Position numbers and translations under genes: made by a program | Shown here: positions 8,575 to 18,750 of the stretch, in pieces | How the letters are laid out: each line of letters begins with the position of its first letter | Position numbering within the stretch: position 1 is the first letter of the stretch | DNA from: an uncultured Chloroflexia bacterium | Lineage (GTDB): Bacteria; Chloroflexota; Limnocylindria; Limnocylindrales; CSP1-4 | DNA length: 64,000 nucleotides | Assembly (NCBI GenBank): GCA_963749705.1 | Contig: CAVVNQ010000008.1 | Coordinates: 331,692 to 395,691, forward strand | Direction: 5' to 3' | Notes under the pieces: generated by a model | Database searches by the model: none | What the model was told of the DNA's origin: nothing | The model's input: only the letters and a program-made list of their open reading frames with translations

Positions 8575-10488
8575 CTACTCCTCCTCGATCGTTGGACGGC
8601 GCCGGCGCGCAAGGACGAGGCCTCCGGCGACGATCACCACCACGAGGACGACAGCCCCGATGAGCAGGGTGTTGTCGCCACCACCCGAGGCAGGCGTGCC
8701 CGAATCCGCGCTGGGCGCCGGGGTGGCTGCCTGGGATGACACGGCGTCCGGGCTCGAGGCGCTCGGGCTTGCCTCGGCGCCGGCCACCGTGAGCACGGTG
8801 TAGCCGAACGAGCCATAGCCGAACAGCGGCGTGCCGTTCTCCGCAGGCTGGAGCTGCCAGCCCGAGAACTTGTCGGTCCGCCACGCATCGAGGTTGGCGT
8901 CATAGAACAGGATGTGGTACGGGGCCTCGTTGTAGATGAGGTCCTGCATCTGGTCCATGTAGCCCTTCCGCTCCTCGTACGAGGTGGCGGCGTTCTGCTT
9001 CTGGAACAGGTCGTCGTAGGTCGGGTTGCAGTACAGGCTGTCGGACGAGCCACCGATCTGGTCGCAGGTGAAGATCTCGAGCAGGGAGTTGGGATCGACG
9101 TCCCCGCCCCAGCCCCAGATGAACATGTCGTAGGTGGCCGTGTACTGACCCGGGTCGCCCGCCTCGGGCGGGAGCATCTTGTCGATCAGGGTGTCCGAGT
9201 CGAACTGCGCCGGCGTGACGGTGATGCCCAGCTCCTTGAACCAGGCCTGGATGAACTGCGCCGACTGCGGGTAGGTGCTCTCGGTGTCCGGGAACACGAG
9301 GCTCAGGCTGATCGGCTTGCCTTCCTTGTCGAGGCGGTTGCCCGAGCCGTCGAGCTTGTAGCCCGCCGTATCGAGCTTCTGCTTGGCGAGCTCGATGTCG
9401 AAGGTTCGCGGCGTGGCCGGTTCCTTGTGCCAGCGGGTCTGGAACGGGGGAACCTCGGTCGTTCCGGGGTCGCCGTAGCCGCCGAGCACCTTCTCGACGA
9501 GCAGGTTCTTGTCGATCGCATAGCCCAGGGCGTCGCGGAACGCCGCGTCCTGGAGGGCCTTCGTCGACGGACCGCCGTCCTTGATCGTGTTCCCCGTGCC
9601 GGTCCCGTAGGTGTTGAACCCGAGCTCGGTGTAGCCGTTGGCGGTTCCGTCGTTCTGCTCGATGTTGGGCTGGCCCTTGAGGGCATCGAACTGGTCGGCG
9701 TTGACGCCGTGCGCGTAGTCCAGCTCACCCGAGCGCAGGGCCTGGGTCATCGTGTCCGAGCTCTTGAAGATCTGGAGCACGACCTGGTCCGCGGCGAGCG
9801 GGCTGCCCTGCCAGTTCGGGTTCTTGGTGAAGTTGACGAACTGGCCGGTCTGCCACTGCTGCGCCTGGTACGGGCCGGTGCCCACCACCGGCGGCTCGTT
9901 CTGGAAGTCGCAGATCGTGTCGATCGTCTGGGTGCCCCAGATGTGCTTGGGCAGGATCGGCACGTAGGCCTGCAGGATCCGCTCGTCCGGCCGGTCGAGG
10001 GTCAGCACGACCGTCTGGGGGTCGGGCGCCGTCACGGAGTTCAGGCTGGCGTTGATGAGGTACGGATCCAGGTAGCCGAGACAGGTCGCCCCGGCGTCGG
10101 TGTTGGCCGCGTCGAGGATGAACTGGTAGGTCCAGACCACGTCATCGGCCGTTGCCGGCGTCCCATCCGACCATTTCTTGTCCGGGTTGATCTTGAACGT
10201 GTACGTCAGCCCGTCGTCGGACTTGGTCCACGAGTCGGCGAACTCGGGCTTCGGCTCGAGGTTGCCGTCGAAGCCCAGCAGCAGCTGGTAGTTGAGGGTG
10301 AACGCCTCAAACCCGACGACCAGCGCCGTCTGGAACGGGTTCATCGAATCGAGGTCCTGGGTCGTGCCGACGCGCAGGACAAGGGGATCCGCAGCCGCGG
10401 CCGGCGCAGCCGCGGGCAGCAGCACCGACAGGGCCAGGAACAGGGCGGCTGCAGAGCGTGCCATGCGAAGGCGCGCAGAGGTTTGCAT
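8575..10488 (-). CDS. oppA: Family-5 solute-binding protein with Sec signal peptide and C-terminal TM anchor
   Basis: KWSDGTPATADDV and GTGPY motifs; strong SD upstream of ATG 10488; AxA signal; S/P/T linker, TM helix and RRRR tail. Confidence 0.9.
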   Translation of the reverse strand: MQTSARLRMARSAAALFLALSVLLPAAAPAAAADPLVLRVGTTQDLDSMNPFQTALVVGFEAFTLNYQLLLGFDGNLEPKPEFADSWTKSDDGLTYTFKINPDKKWSDGTPATADDVVWTYQFILDAANTDAGATCLGYLDPYLINASLNSVTAPDPQTVVLTLDRPDERILQAYVPILPKHIWGTQTIDTICDFQNEPPVVGTGPYQAQQWQTGQFVNFTKNPNWQGSPLAADQVVLQIFKSSDTMTQALRSGELDYAHGVNADQFDALKGQPNIEQNDGTANGYTELGFNTYGTGTGNTIKDGGPSTKALQDAAFRDALGYAIDKNLLVEKVLGGYGDPGTTEVPPFQTRWHKEPATPRTFDIELAKQKLDTAGYKLDGSGNRLDKEGKPISLSLVFPDTESTYPQSAQFIQAWFKELGITVTPAQFDSDTLIDKMLPPEAGDPGQYTATYDMFIWGWGGDVDPNSLLEIFTCDQIGGSSDSLYCNPTYDDLFQKQNAATSYEERKGYMDQMQDLIYNEAPYHILFYDANLDAWRTDKFSGWQLQPAENGTPLFGYGSFGYTVLTVAGAEASPSASSPDAVSSQAATPAPSADSGTPASGGGDNTLLIGAVVLVVVIVAGGLVLARRRRPTIEEE

Positions 10489-10574
10489 GCTGGGTCTCCT
10501 CCTCCAGTTCTCGACCTGTTGACGCTGCGGACACGGGTCGAGGGCGCCGGACGCGCCCGACGGTGTGCTGGAGG

Positions 10575-10602
10575 GTTGCACAGTGAATAGGGCGTATGCA
10601 AC
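10575..10602. promoter_or_regulatory. Inverted repeat GTTGCA-N16-TGCAAC upstream of the SBP gene
   Basis: Seen directly in a locally AT-richer intergenic stretch. Confidence 0.4.
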
Positions 10603-10670
10603 TTCCAGTTGGCACGGACCACGGCACGGGACGGCCCCCTACCCCGCGCGCAGGCCCTGACGCGTCCCGA

Positions 10671-11861
10671 TCAGATGATGAACGTCCGTACCGGTCCGGG
10701 TTCGCGCAGCACCGGGCGATCCATCCGGAAGCCGGCAATCTCGGGCGCCGACGGGGTCGCGCCGTCGACCACGAGCTCGGCCAGGATCCGGCCCAGGACC
10801 GATGCGAACTTGAACGCATGCGCGGAGCCGAGCACGACGTGCACGGCCGCATGACCGGGCACCGCGTCGACCACGAAGTCGCGATCCGGGGTCAGCGTGT
10901 ACAGGCAGGTCTTGGTCAGGAACGGCTCCACCGCCATGCCCGGCAGCCGGGCGGCCAGGAAGGCCATCACGCGGCCGTGCGCGTCCTCGTCGCGCTCGAA
11001 GGTGCGGGTCGCGTTGGTGACCTCGCGCCCGCCGACGTCCTGGCCGATCTTCGGCCCCGGGTGACCGTGCGTGGGGAATCCGTAGAACGACGGCTCGTCC
11101 ATCCAGATCCAGATCGGGAACCGCTGCGGGGAGAACAGGCCCGGATCCGCGCGCGGCGTGAACCAGCTGACCTGCTCCTGGGTGATGGTGAGCGGCAGGG
11201 ACACGCCCAGCGGTTCCAGCAGGTCGTTGGTCCACGAATCGGCCGCGATCACCACCCGGCCCGCGGTGATCCGCTCGCCGCCCTCGAGGACCAGGGTCAG
11301 CTCGCCGCCCAGGTCCTCGATCCTGGCCACCGGCGACCGGTCGCGCAGCACAGCCCCCTGGGCGGTTGCCAGCGTGCGGTGGGCGACGTTGCCGCGCGAC
11401 GGGTCGGCGAGCCCGGCGTCCGGCTGGAACAGGCCGACGTGGCGCTCGTCCAGGCGCCAGGCCGGATGACGGCGCATGATCTCGGCCGCGTCGAGGTCCT
11501 CGAACGGGACGCCTTCAGCGGACATCGCCCGGCGGTACTCGGCGATGTCGATGGCCACGTCCTGGCCCGCCTGCCGCGGCCCGATGTCGAGCCCGCCGGT
11601 CCGAAACACGATCTGCGTCCCGCTGGCACGCTCGACCTCGGCCCAGCTCTCGTAGGCGCGTCTCGCGAGCCGGATGTAGTCGCCCCGGTGGTACGACAGC
11701 CGGATGATCCGGCTGACGTCCTCGGACGCGCCCAGCGAGTGCCCGATCTGGTACCGCTCGAGCCCCAGCACGCGGACGCCGGGACGTCCGGACAGCCAGT
11801 ACGCCGCCGCCGAGCCGAGCGCGCCCAGGCCGACGACGACGACATCCCAGTCGCGCCTCAC
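10671..11861 (-). CDS. solA: Monomeric sarcosine / N-methyltryptophan oxidase family flavoprotein
   Basis: GLGALGS Rossmann motif, SRIIRLSY, KTCLYTLTPD (flavinylated Cys region), HAFKFAS; GTG start overlaps the Rieske stop. Confidence 0.85.
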   Translation of the reverse strand: MRRDWDVVVVGLGALGSAAAYWLSGRPGVRVLGLERYQIGHSLGASEDVSRIIRLSYHRGDYIRLARRAYESWAEVERASGTQIVFRTGGLDIGPRQAGQDVAIDIAEYRRAMSAEGVPFEDLDAAEIMRRHPAWRLDERHVGLFQPDAGLADPSRGNVAHRTLATAQGAVLRDRSPVARIEDLGGELTLVLEGGERITAGRVVIAADSWTNDLLEPLGVSLPLTITQEQVSWFTPRADPGLFSPQRFPIWIWMDEPSFYGFPTHGHPGPKIGQDVGGREVTNATRTFERDEDAHGRVMAFLAARLPGMAVEPFLTKTCLYTLTPDRDFVVDAVPGHAAVHVVLGSAHAFKFASVLGRILAELVVDGATPSAPEIAGFRMDRPVLREPGPVRTFII

Positions 11862-13081
11862 CCGCGGCCGCCCCCGTCCGGCGCGTGCCGCGGAGCCGGC
11901 GTCGCAACCGCATCCTCGCCAAGCCTCGCCGCCAGGTAGCGACGGATGTCCAGGCTCATGTCCTCCATCGGCGCGTACCAGCCGGACTCGAACCGGCGCG
12001 AGGTCATGCCGTCCTGCACGCCTTCGCACACGGCCCAGTCCTGGCGATTGACGAGGTCCCAGAAGTCGACGGCGTCCGAGGGGTCGAATCCCGGCCGGGC
12101 GACCTCGTCGGGGTGGAACAGGAAGTCGACCACGACCAGCGTCCGATCCGGGGCACGGGGAACGAGCATGAACGACGCGACGTGGTCGGCCGACAGGCTG
12201 AGCATCAGGTTCGGGTACACCAGCTCGCCCTTGTGGCGCACCCGCTCGCTCGCATCCAGCCCGGGGAACGGCTCGCGGTTGCTCGTCCCGCTGAGGGTGA
12301 ACGTGAACGTGCCGTCCGCCTGGGGCACGCCGGCGTCCCAGTCGAGGTTGGCGCCGCCGCGATCCCTGAACGCGGGCACGATCCGGCACAGCTCGGGATG
12401 CACGCCCGCGCAGTGATAGCACTCGTTGTAGTTCTCGACGATGACCTTCCAGTTGGCACGCACGTCGTACACGATCCGCCGCACGGCTCGGAGGTCGGCC
12501 AGCGGGTAGCGCGCGATCCGCCCGGGGATCTCGCCCAGCTGGGTTGCCAGCGTGTGTCCCGCCGCAACGCGCTCCGGCGACAGGTTGACGAACAGCCAGC
12601 CGCCCCAGTCATCGATCGCCACCGGGTGGAGGCCGAACGCATCTGGTTCGAAGGCGTCCGACTCGCCCAGGAACGGTGCGTTGCGGACGCGCCCGTCGAG
12701 CTCATAGCACCACGAGTGGTAGCTGCAGCGGATGATCCCCTTGAACGTGCCCGATGGTCCGGGCGCCTCGCCGCTGGCCGGATCGGGGCGCTGGTCGGCG
12801 GTCGTGAGCCGCGAGCCCCGGTGACGGCACAGGTCGTAGTGGGCGCGGAGCGTGCCGGCACGGTCGCGGACCACGATCACGCGCTCGCCGGCGACGTCGA
12901 AGGCCAGGAAGTCGCCCGCGCCTGGGAGCTGCTCGACCCGGCCGACCGCCACCCACTCGGACCACCAGATCGCGTCGCGTTCCAGGTCCAGGAACTCCGG
13001 GGTGACGTACGCGGCGCCGGGCAGCGAGGCCTCGAACGCGCCGCGCGCCATCCGGTTCAGGGTGTCGGGCTCGACGGACAC
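11858..13081 (-). CDS. Rieske non-heme iron oxygenase alpha subunit (GbcA/choline monooxygenase-like)
   Basis: CRHRG...CSYHSW Rieske motif, NWK...ENYNECYHC..VHP iron site, QDWAVCEGVQ. Confidence 0.9.
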   Translation of the reverse strand: MSVEPDTLNRMARGAFEASLPGAAYVTPEFLDLERDAIWWSEWVAVGRVEQLPGAGDFLAFDVAGERVIVVRDRAGTLRAHYDLCRHRGSRLTTADQRPDPASGEAPGPSGTFKGIIRCSYHSWCYELDGRVRNAPFLGESDAFEPDAFGLHPVAIDDWGGWLFVNLSPERVAAGHTLATQLGEIPGRIARYPLADLRAVRRIVYDVRANWKVIVENYNECYHCAGVHPELCRIVPAFRDRGGANLDWDAGVPQADGTFTFTLSGTSNREPFPGLDASERVRHKGELVYPNLMLSLSADHVASFMLVPRAPDRTLVVVDFLFHPDEVARPGFDPSDAVDFWDLVNRQDWAVCEGVQDGMTSRRFESGWYAPMEDMSLDIRRYLAARLGEDAVATPAPRHAPDGGGRG

Positions 13082-13234
13082 GGGACCACCTCGATCGTCG
13101 GGAACGCTGGCCGCGCAATGCTACGGCGCCGCGGGCGTGTCGCGGATGGCCCGTTGCGGGGCGTGGCCGCCTCCCCAGTGGCCTCGGGCCGGCCGATGTC
13201 CGACGCCGGTGGGCGCCTGGTCACTTGGCCCGGG

Positions 13235-13888
13235 TCAGGCGCCGCGGACCTCGAGCGCGTACCGGCAGACGCCCGCGATCGTGATCAGGTCGTGGATCTC
13301 GCCCGCATCGATCTCCGCGATGACCTCGTCCAGGGTCGCCCACCGGATCGCGAGATCCTCGGTCCCGTCCGGCGTCGCCGCCCCCGCGTGGAGGCCGGTC
13401 GCGACGAAGATCGCGCCGCGCTCGTCGGTGACCGAGTTGGACACCGTGATGCGACACAGCTGGCGCCACCGGTCGGCCTCGTAGCCGGTCTCCTCGCGCA
13501 GCTCGCGTCGTGCGCCGGCCTCGAGCGCCTCGCCCGCCCCGACGCCGCCTTCGGGGATCTCCCAGCTGTACTCGTCGAGCGCGTAGCGGTGCTGGCCGAC
13601 CAGGAGCAGCCGCCCGGCGTCATCGGTCGCGACCACGCCCACGGCCGCGCTCAGGAAGTGGACGACGCCGTAGATGCCGGCGCTGCCGTCGGGACGATCC
13701 ACCTCGTCATGGAACAGCTCGATCCACGGGTTCGAATACGCTCGCTCCCGCGATCGTCGCCGCCACGGGCCTACCACCTGCGGGGCCGCGTCGCCGGGCC
13801 CGGCGGCCGGCGCGGGCTCGGTCGGCGCGGGCTCGGCCGTCGGCGCCGGCTCGACGGCTGGTCGCTGCGCGTGGTCGTCGTGCGTCAC
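13235..13888 (-). CDS. NUDIX hydrolase (ADP-ribose pyrophosphatase-like)
   Basis: WEIPEGG.....LEAGARRELREETG Nudix box; TACCGT lies 6 nt before GTG 13888. Confidence 0.88.
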   Translation of the reverse strand: MTHDDHAQRPAVEPAPTAEPAPTEPAPAAGPGDAAPQVVGPWRRRSRERAYSNPWIELFHDEVDRPDGSAGIYGVVHFLSAAVGVVATDDAGRLLLVGQHRYALDEYSWEIPEGGVGAGEALEAGARRELREETGYEADRWRQLCRITVSNSVTDERGAIFVATGLHAGAATPDGTEDLAIRWATLDEVIAEIDAGEIHDLITIAGVCRYALEVRGA

Positions 13889-13949
13889 CCGCACACGGTA
13901 GCGGTTGGTGGCAGGCACACGCCGGGACGCCGCCGGTATCCTGCCCGCG

Positions 13950-15998
13950 ATGAGCATCGACGCCGCCGACGCGAGCCCACCCGACCACGAGGTCGAGGTC
14001 CGCTGGGACGTCCGGATCCCGGTCCGCGACGGCCTCGAGCTGTCGGCCAACCTGTGGCTCCCCCGCCCGCGCGCGGACGAGCCGGATGCGCGGTTCCCGG
14101 CGATCCTCGAGATGATCCCGTACGGCAAGGACAACTGGCGCCGGAACTCGGACGTCGCGCGCGGGGAGTGGCTCGCGGCACGGGGGTTCGCCCTGTGCCG
14201 GGTCGACGTCCGCGGCACGGGCAGCTCGCCCGGCGTGGCCGATGACGAGTACACCGAGGCCGAGACCCGTGATGGCTACGAAGCCGTCGAGTGGCTTGCC
14301 GCCCGGTCGTGGTGCAACGAAAACGTGGGCATGTGGGGCATCAGCTACGGGGGCTTCACCTCGATTCAGGTCGCGAAGCTCCGTCCGCCGCACCTGCGCG
14401 CGATCCTGCCGATGTACGCCACCGACGACCGGTATCGCGACGACGTCCATGTTCGCGGCGGTTGCGTCACCGCGAGCGAGAAGAGCCAGTACGCCGTGAG
14501 CCAGCTGGGCATGAACGCGATGCCGGCGCTGCCTGCGTTCCGCGGCCCGGGATGGCGCGACGAGTGGCGGGCACGCCTCGAGCGGACGCCGCCCTGGCTG
14601 TTCCCCTGGATCCGCGAGCAGACCGACGGCCCCTACTGGCGGCGCGGGTCGCTGGCCCCCGACTACGACGCCCTCGAGTGCGCGGTGTTCCAGGTCGCCG
14701 GCTGGAACGACTCGTACGTCGACCCGGCGTTCCGGATCCAGGAGCGATGCGCCAACGCCAGCGTGCGGACGCTGGTCGGCAACTGGGTGCACTCGTTCCC
14801 CGACGACGCCTACCCGGGTCCCAACCTGAACTGGTACCACGAGATGGTCCGGTTCTTCGACCGCTACCTCAAGGGCATCGACAACGGCTGGGAGCACGAG
14901 CCGGCGGTCGTCTGGTTCGAGCGCACGTGGGCCGAGCCCGTGGCGTTCCCGGTCGCCTGGCCGGGCCGCTGGCGAGCGGCGACGTCGCTGCCGGTGCCGG
15001 GCATCGCGCCGCTCGAGCTGGAGCTCGGCGCGGGGTCGCTGGGTCATGGTGCGGGAGCAAACGTCGGGGTGACCTCGATCCGCCACCGCGCGACGGCGGG
15101 CACGAGCGGGGCGCTGTCCTGGGGCGCCGGCTGGCATCCCAACGGCCTGGCACGCGACCTCCGCCCGGATGAGGCACGCGGCGCGACCTGGACCTCGGAG
15201 CCGCTCACCGAGGCCATCTCGGTGATCGGGATCCCGGTCGCCGTGATCCACGTCTCGACGACGATGCCCATCGCGACGTGCGTCGTGCGGCTGTCCGAGG
15301 TCTCGCCCGACGGCACGTCCGCGCTGGTCGCGACCGGGGTCCTCAACCTCACCCACCGCGACTCGGACACCGACCCCAGCCCGATGCCGCCGGAGCAGGC
15401 GGTGGAGGTGCGCGTCCCGCTGCGCGCCACGGGCTACCGGTTCTCGCCCGGGCACCGGATCCGCCTGACCGTCCTGAGCGGATACTGGCCGGTGCTGTGG
15501 CCGTCCCCGCAGCCGGGCGAGCTGCGCGTCCACCGGGGTCCATCGAGCCCGTCGAGGCTCGTGCTGCCGGTCCTGGCGGAGGGCGTCACGAGTCCCCCGG
15601 TCCCCGCGTTCCGCACCGATCCCGCGGGCCTGCGCGAGGTCGGCCGGAGCGAGGACGAGCCGCCCGTGTGGCGGATCGAGGAGGACGTCATCGGCGGCAG
15701 CGTCGCGGTGACCATCGGCGAGGGCGGGGCGAGCATCCTCGAGGACGGCTCGCGCGTGTACAGCTCGGAGCACCTGGTCCTGACGGCCTCGGACGCCGAC
15801 CCCGCGCACGCGCGGCTGGACACCGACGTGGCCTATCGCTGGACGGCCGACGGCTTCGATGTCGACATCCGGGCAACCGGCGCGATCGTGTCCGACGAGT
15901 CGGCATTCGACGTTCGCGTGAACCTGGACGTACGCCTTGATGGCGAGCCGTTCTTCGAGCGGGCCTGGTCGGAGCGGATTCCCCGGCGACTGGTGTAG
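13950..15998 (+). CDS. CocE/NonD family serine hydrolase
   Basis: RDGLELSANLW, DVRGTGSS, GMWGISYGG nucleophile and C-terminal jelly-roll domain; TATCCT lies 7 nt before ATG 13950. Confidence 0.92.
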   Translation: MSIDAADASPPDHEVEVRWDVRIPVRDGLELSANLWLPRPRADEPDARFPAILEMIPYGKDNWRRNSDVARGEWLAARGFALCRVDVRGTGSSPGVADDEYTEAETRDGYEAVEWLAARSWCNENVGMWGISYGGFTSIQVAKLRPPHLRAILPMYATDDRYRDDVHVRGGCVTASEKSQYAVSQLGMNAMPALPAFRGPGWRDEWRARLERTPPWLFPWIREQTDGPYWRRGSLAPDYDALECAVFQVAGWNDSYVDPAFRIQERCANASVRTLVGNWVHSFPDDAYPGPNLNWYHEMVRFFDRYLKGIDNGWEHEPAVVWFERTWAEPVAFPVAWPGRWRAATSLPVPGIAPLELELGAGSLGHGAGANVGVTSIRHRATAGTSGALSWGAGWHPNGLARDLRPDEARGATWTSEPLTEAISVIGIPVAVIHVSTTMPIATCVVRLSEVSPDGTSALVATGVLNLTHRDSDTDPSPMPPEQAVEVRVPLRATGYRFSPGHRIRLTVLSGYWPVLWPSPQPGELRVHRGPSSPSRLVLPVLAEGVTSPPVPAFRTDPAGLREVGRSEDEPPVWRIEEDVIGGSVAVTIGEGGASILEDGSRVYSSEHLVLTASDADPAHARLDTDVAYRWTADGFDVDIRATGAIVSDESAFDVRVNLDVRLDGEPFFERAWSERIPRRLV

Positions 15999-16049
15999 GC
16001 GGGCGGGCCCGGCCGACCGAGGGCCCCGAGCGACCCTGGCCCGGCGCGG

Positions 16050-16964
16050 TCAGCCGAGCGACGCGAGCGCCGCCTGCGCGATCATGCCGCTGCCGATCGC
16101 GACGAACAGGCTGGCAAACGAGCCCAGCAGGTGGAACTCGACATAGGCCCGGTCGTCGAGCTGGCGGAAGCGGGCCACCGTGTCCACCAGGATGACGAAC
16201 CCGATCACGATCGGAGCGCCCGCGAGCAGCAGGGCGACGATCAGCATCCGTTCCAGGGCGGCAATGGTCGTACCCACCCTGGCCGCCGTGCCGGCCGGCA
16301 GGGTCGACGGGCTGCCCGGTTGGCCGGCGACCGGGACCTGGTTCTCGGGCAGCTCGCGCGGCGTCACCAGCGAGGCCACGAAGTAGAACGCACCCCGGGT
16401 GTTGACCACGAACAGGCCGATCGCCACGACGCCGGTCAACATGGTCGCGTGAACCGCGGACCGGTCCCAGTCGCGGAGCACCGCGTTCGCGAAGTCCACG
16501 AACTGCGGGAGCAGCGCGGTTCCCTCGAGGATCACCAGCCAGCCGACGATCGCGATGGTCAGGTGGAGCACCTGGTCGGCCAGGAACAGCAGGCCCGGGA
16601 TCGGGGTCCATGCGACGCCCAGCTGCGACCGGCCCGGATCGCCGGCGGGGGCCGCCGCAGCTCCCCTCCGGCGCGCGAGGTCCTGCGCGTTGGCAACGGC
16701 GCGCCGCGTCGCGACGACCTTCCAGCGGTCCACCGCCATGTGGGAACCGACGACGAGCACCAGGTACACGAGCCCGGGCAGCCCGAACGCGAGCACCGCC
16801 GGGATGAGGCAGAAGCCGACGTGCGCGCCGTGGACCGCCAGCGCCGAAAATCCCGTTCGATCCGCCCTGCCCTTGTTGAGCGCGATCCAGTCGTTCTGGA
16901 GCACGAAGTCGGCGATCAGGTGCGCGAGCACCAGCATCGCGACCATGAGCACGGAATCCGTCAT
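16050..16964 (-). CDS. DUF3307-like membrane protein
   Basis: AHLIADFVLQ, SHMAVDRWK, DQVLHL and ALER motifs. Confidence 0.8.
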   Translation of the reverse strand: MTDSVLMVAMLVLAHLIADFVLQNDWIALNKGRADRTGFSALAVHGAHVGFCLIPAVLAFGLPGLVYLVLVVGSHMAVDRWKVVATRRAVANAQDLARRRGAAAAPAGDPGRSQLGVAWTPIPGLLFLADQVLHLTIAIVGWLVILEGTALLPQFVDFANAVLRDWDRSAVHATMLTGVVAIGLFVVNTRGAFYFVASLVTPRELPENQVPVAGQPGSPSTLPAGTAARVGTTIAALERMLIVALLLAGAPIVIGFVILVDTVARFRQLDDRAYVEFHLLGSFASLFVAIGSGMIAQAALASLG

Positions 16965-17221
16965 CCGGACACGCGGGCGGGATGGCCGACGCCCACGGCG
17001 AGGCTGCGGCAGGCGCGTTCGATGGCATCCGTTGCGGCGTTGGAGCGAGCGATCTCGGCAGTCACGCGCGGCAGCCTACCCGATGCGAATCCGTCATCGT
17101 CCAAGGTTGCCGCATCCACGGGCCGAATCCGGGCGGGCGGCGCTGTCAATCTGCCGACACCATGACGGCGGGCCAGGCGCGCAGCCGGCCCCGGCGTCCT
17201 CCGGCCGGTCGCCGGAGCAGC

Positions 17222-18748
17222 TCATCCCCCGTGGCCATACCCCGGCAGCAGACCGCTCAGGGCACCGGCGAGGGCCGCCCGATGCTCGGCGGTGGCGAAG
17301 TCGAGCAGTGGATGCGATGGCAGGTCGTGCTCGACCAGGTGTCCGTCCTTGCGCACGTAGACGACCGGATAGATCTGCCCGGTGCCATCGGCCTCGACCG
17401 TCATCGCGACGAGGTCCCTGGTCATCCCGTCGAGTGCGTGGACGAGGGGCACGATCCCCTCATCTCGGATCCCGGCCTCGGGGCTGACCGACACGACGCG
17501 GGCGAGGTACGCCTTCTGGTGCCACAGCTCGGGGGCACAGGTCGCCTCGCGCAGGAGGTAGCCGAGGACGTCGGCAGCGGGCAGCTCCGGCCGGTCCGGG
17601 ACAACGCCGAAGTGCACCTCGGCGATGTGGCGGGCCAGGATCACGCTGTTGTAGCGGTGACCCTGGACCGCGCCCGAGTAGGACGGGATGCCGTGCTTCT
17701 TGAGACCGGCGGCCGCCGAGCTGATCGTGCCGCCGAAGTAGATGCCCGGCACCGAGGTGCTCTCCCACATCGGCGTGAGGGCGGGCAGCCGGGCCGTGCC
17801 GAAGGTGGCGACACCCAGCTCGGGCAGGTCCAGGAGCGGGCACGAGAAGCCGGTCGCGGCGATGACCTCGTCGGCCTCGACGGTCATCTGGGCGCCGGTA
17901 TCGGTGCGCTTGAGGTCGACGCGATAGGCATCCCCGGCGGGCACGATCCCGTCGATCGACGCGTCCAGGATCGAGACGCCCAGGCCCAGGAAGTTGTCCT
18001 CGAACGGTTGCACGTAGCGCGCTCGGACGCCGACCAGCGACCGGGTCTGCACCGAGAGCTTGGCCGGCGACGGGGAGGCAAGCACGATCTGCGACGCCCA
18101 GGAGGCGAGGCCGGAGGCCAGCTCGAACCCGGAATTCTGCTTGCCGATGATGAACAGGCGCTTGCCCGCATAGCTGGACGCCACCCGAGTGTCCGCATAG
18201 TGCCGGGCGTGCTCGATCCCGGGCTTGCTGGGCGTCAACGGCTCGGAGATCCCCACCGCGAGCACCAGGATCCGGCAGCGGTACTCGCCGTCGCTGGTCT
18301 CGAGCACGAACGTCGGGCCCTGGGGGCCATCCTCGCGGCGCGTCCGCTCCCACCGGCAGTCGTAGCGGATATCGAGCGCCGCCCGCTCGGCGAAGGCAAC
18401 CAGGTTGGCCTCCATCTCCTGGCGCGACGGGAAGTACGACGACCCGCTCATGACCTCGGCCTGGAGCGAGCGCAGCTCCGGTTCGTCGGCGATCAGGCTG
18501 TTCCAGTCGAAGCGCTGGTACTCCCTGGCCGTCCGTTCCTCCGGCGCATACGGCTTGGTCCACGACAGCAGCCGCTGGAACAGCGGCCATCGCCGGAACA
18601 TGCCGCCGGGCGCCGGGTCCGCGGACAGCACCGCGTGCGGCACACCCCGCCGGCGCAACCCGTAGCTCAGCTGGAGGCCGCCCGGGCCGCTGCCGATGAC
18701 GATGACCGGGTACTCCCCCGGCGGGAACGGGCGGGTGTCCACCGCCAT
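17222..18748 (-). CDS. FAD/NAD(P)-dependent oxidoreductase (FMO/YpdA/TrxB-like fold)
   Basis: IGSGPGG FAD motif, PGGMF, IGKQNSG second Rossmann motif, AATGF, ESTSVPGIYFGG. Confidence 0.85.
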   Translation of the reverse strand: MAVDTRPFPPGEYPVIVIGSGPGGLQLSYGLRRRGVPHAVLSADPAPGGMFRRWPLFQRLLSWTKPYAPEERTAREYQRFDWNSLIADEPELRSLQAEVMSGSSYFPSRQEMEANLVAFAERAALDIRYDCRWERTRREDGPQGPTFVLETSDGEYRCRILVLAVGISEPLTPSKPGIEHARHYADTRVASSYAGKRLFIIGKQNSGFELASGLASWASQIVLASPSPAKLSVQTRSLVGVRARYVQPFEDNFLGLGVSILDASIDGIVPAGDAYRVDLKRTDTGAQMTVEADEVIAATGFSCPLLDLPELGVATFGTARLPALTPMWESTSVPGIYFGGTISSAAAGLKKHGIPSYSGAVQGHRYNSVILARHIAEVHFGVVPDRPELPAADVLGYLLREATCAPELWHQKAYLARVVSVSPEAGIRDEGIVPLVHALDGMTRDLVAMTVEADGTGQIYPVVYVRKDGHLVEHDLPSHPLLDFATAEHRAALAGALSGLLPGYGHGG

Positions 18749-18750
18749 GC

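Noticed and set aside
13790-13860. Short DNA repeats in the NUDIX 5' region
   Set aside because: Explained by a low-complexity EPAPT peptide repeat.
16961-17149. 62-aa ORF overlapping the DUF3307 start
   Set aside because: TTG start, no SD, no recognisable motif; cannot be supported.
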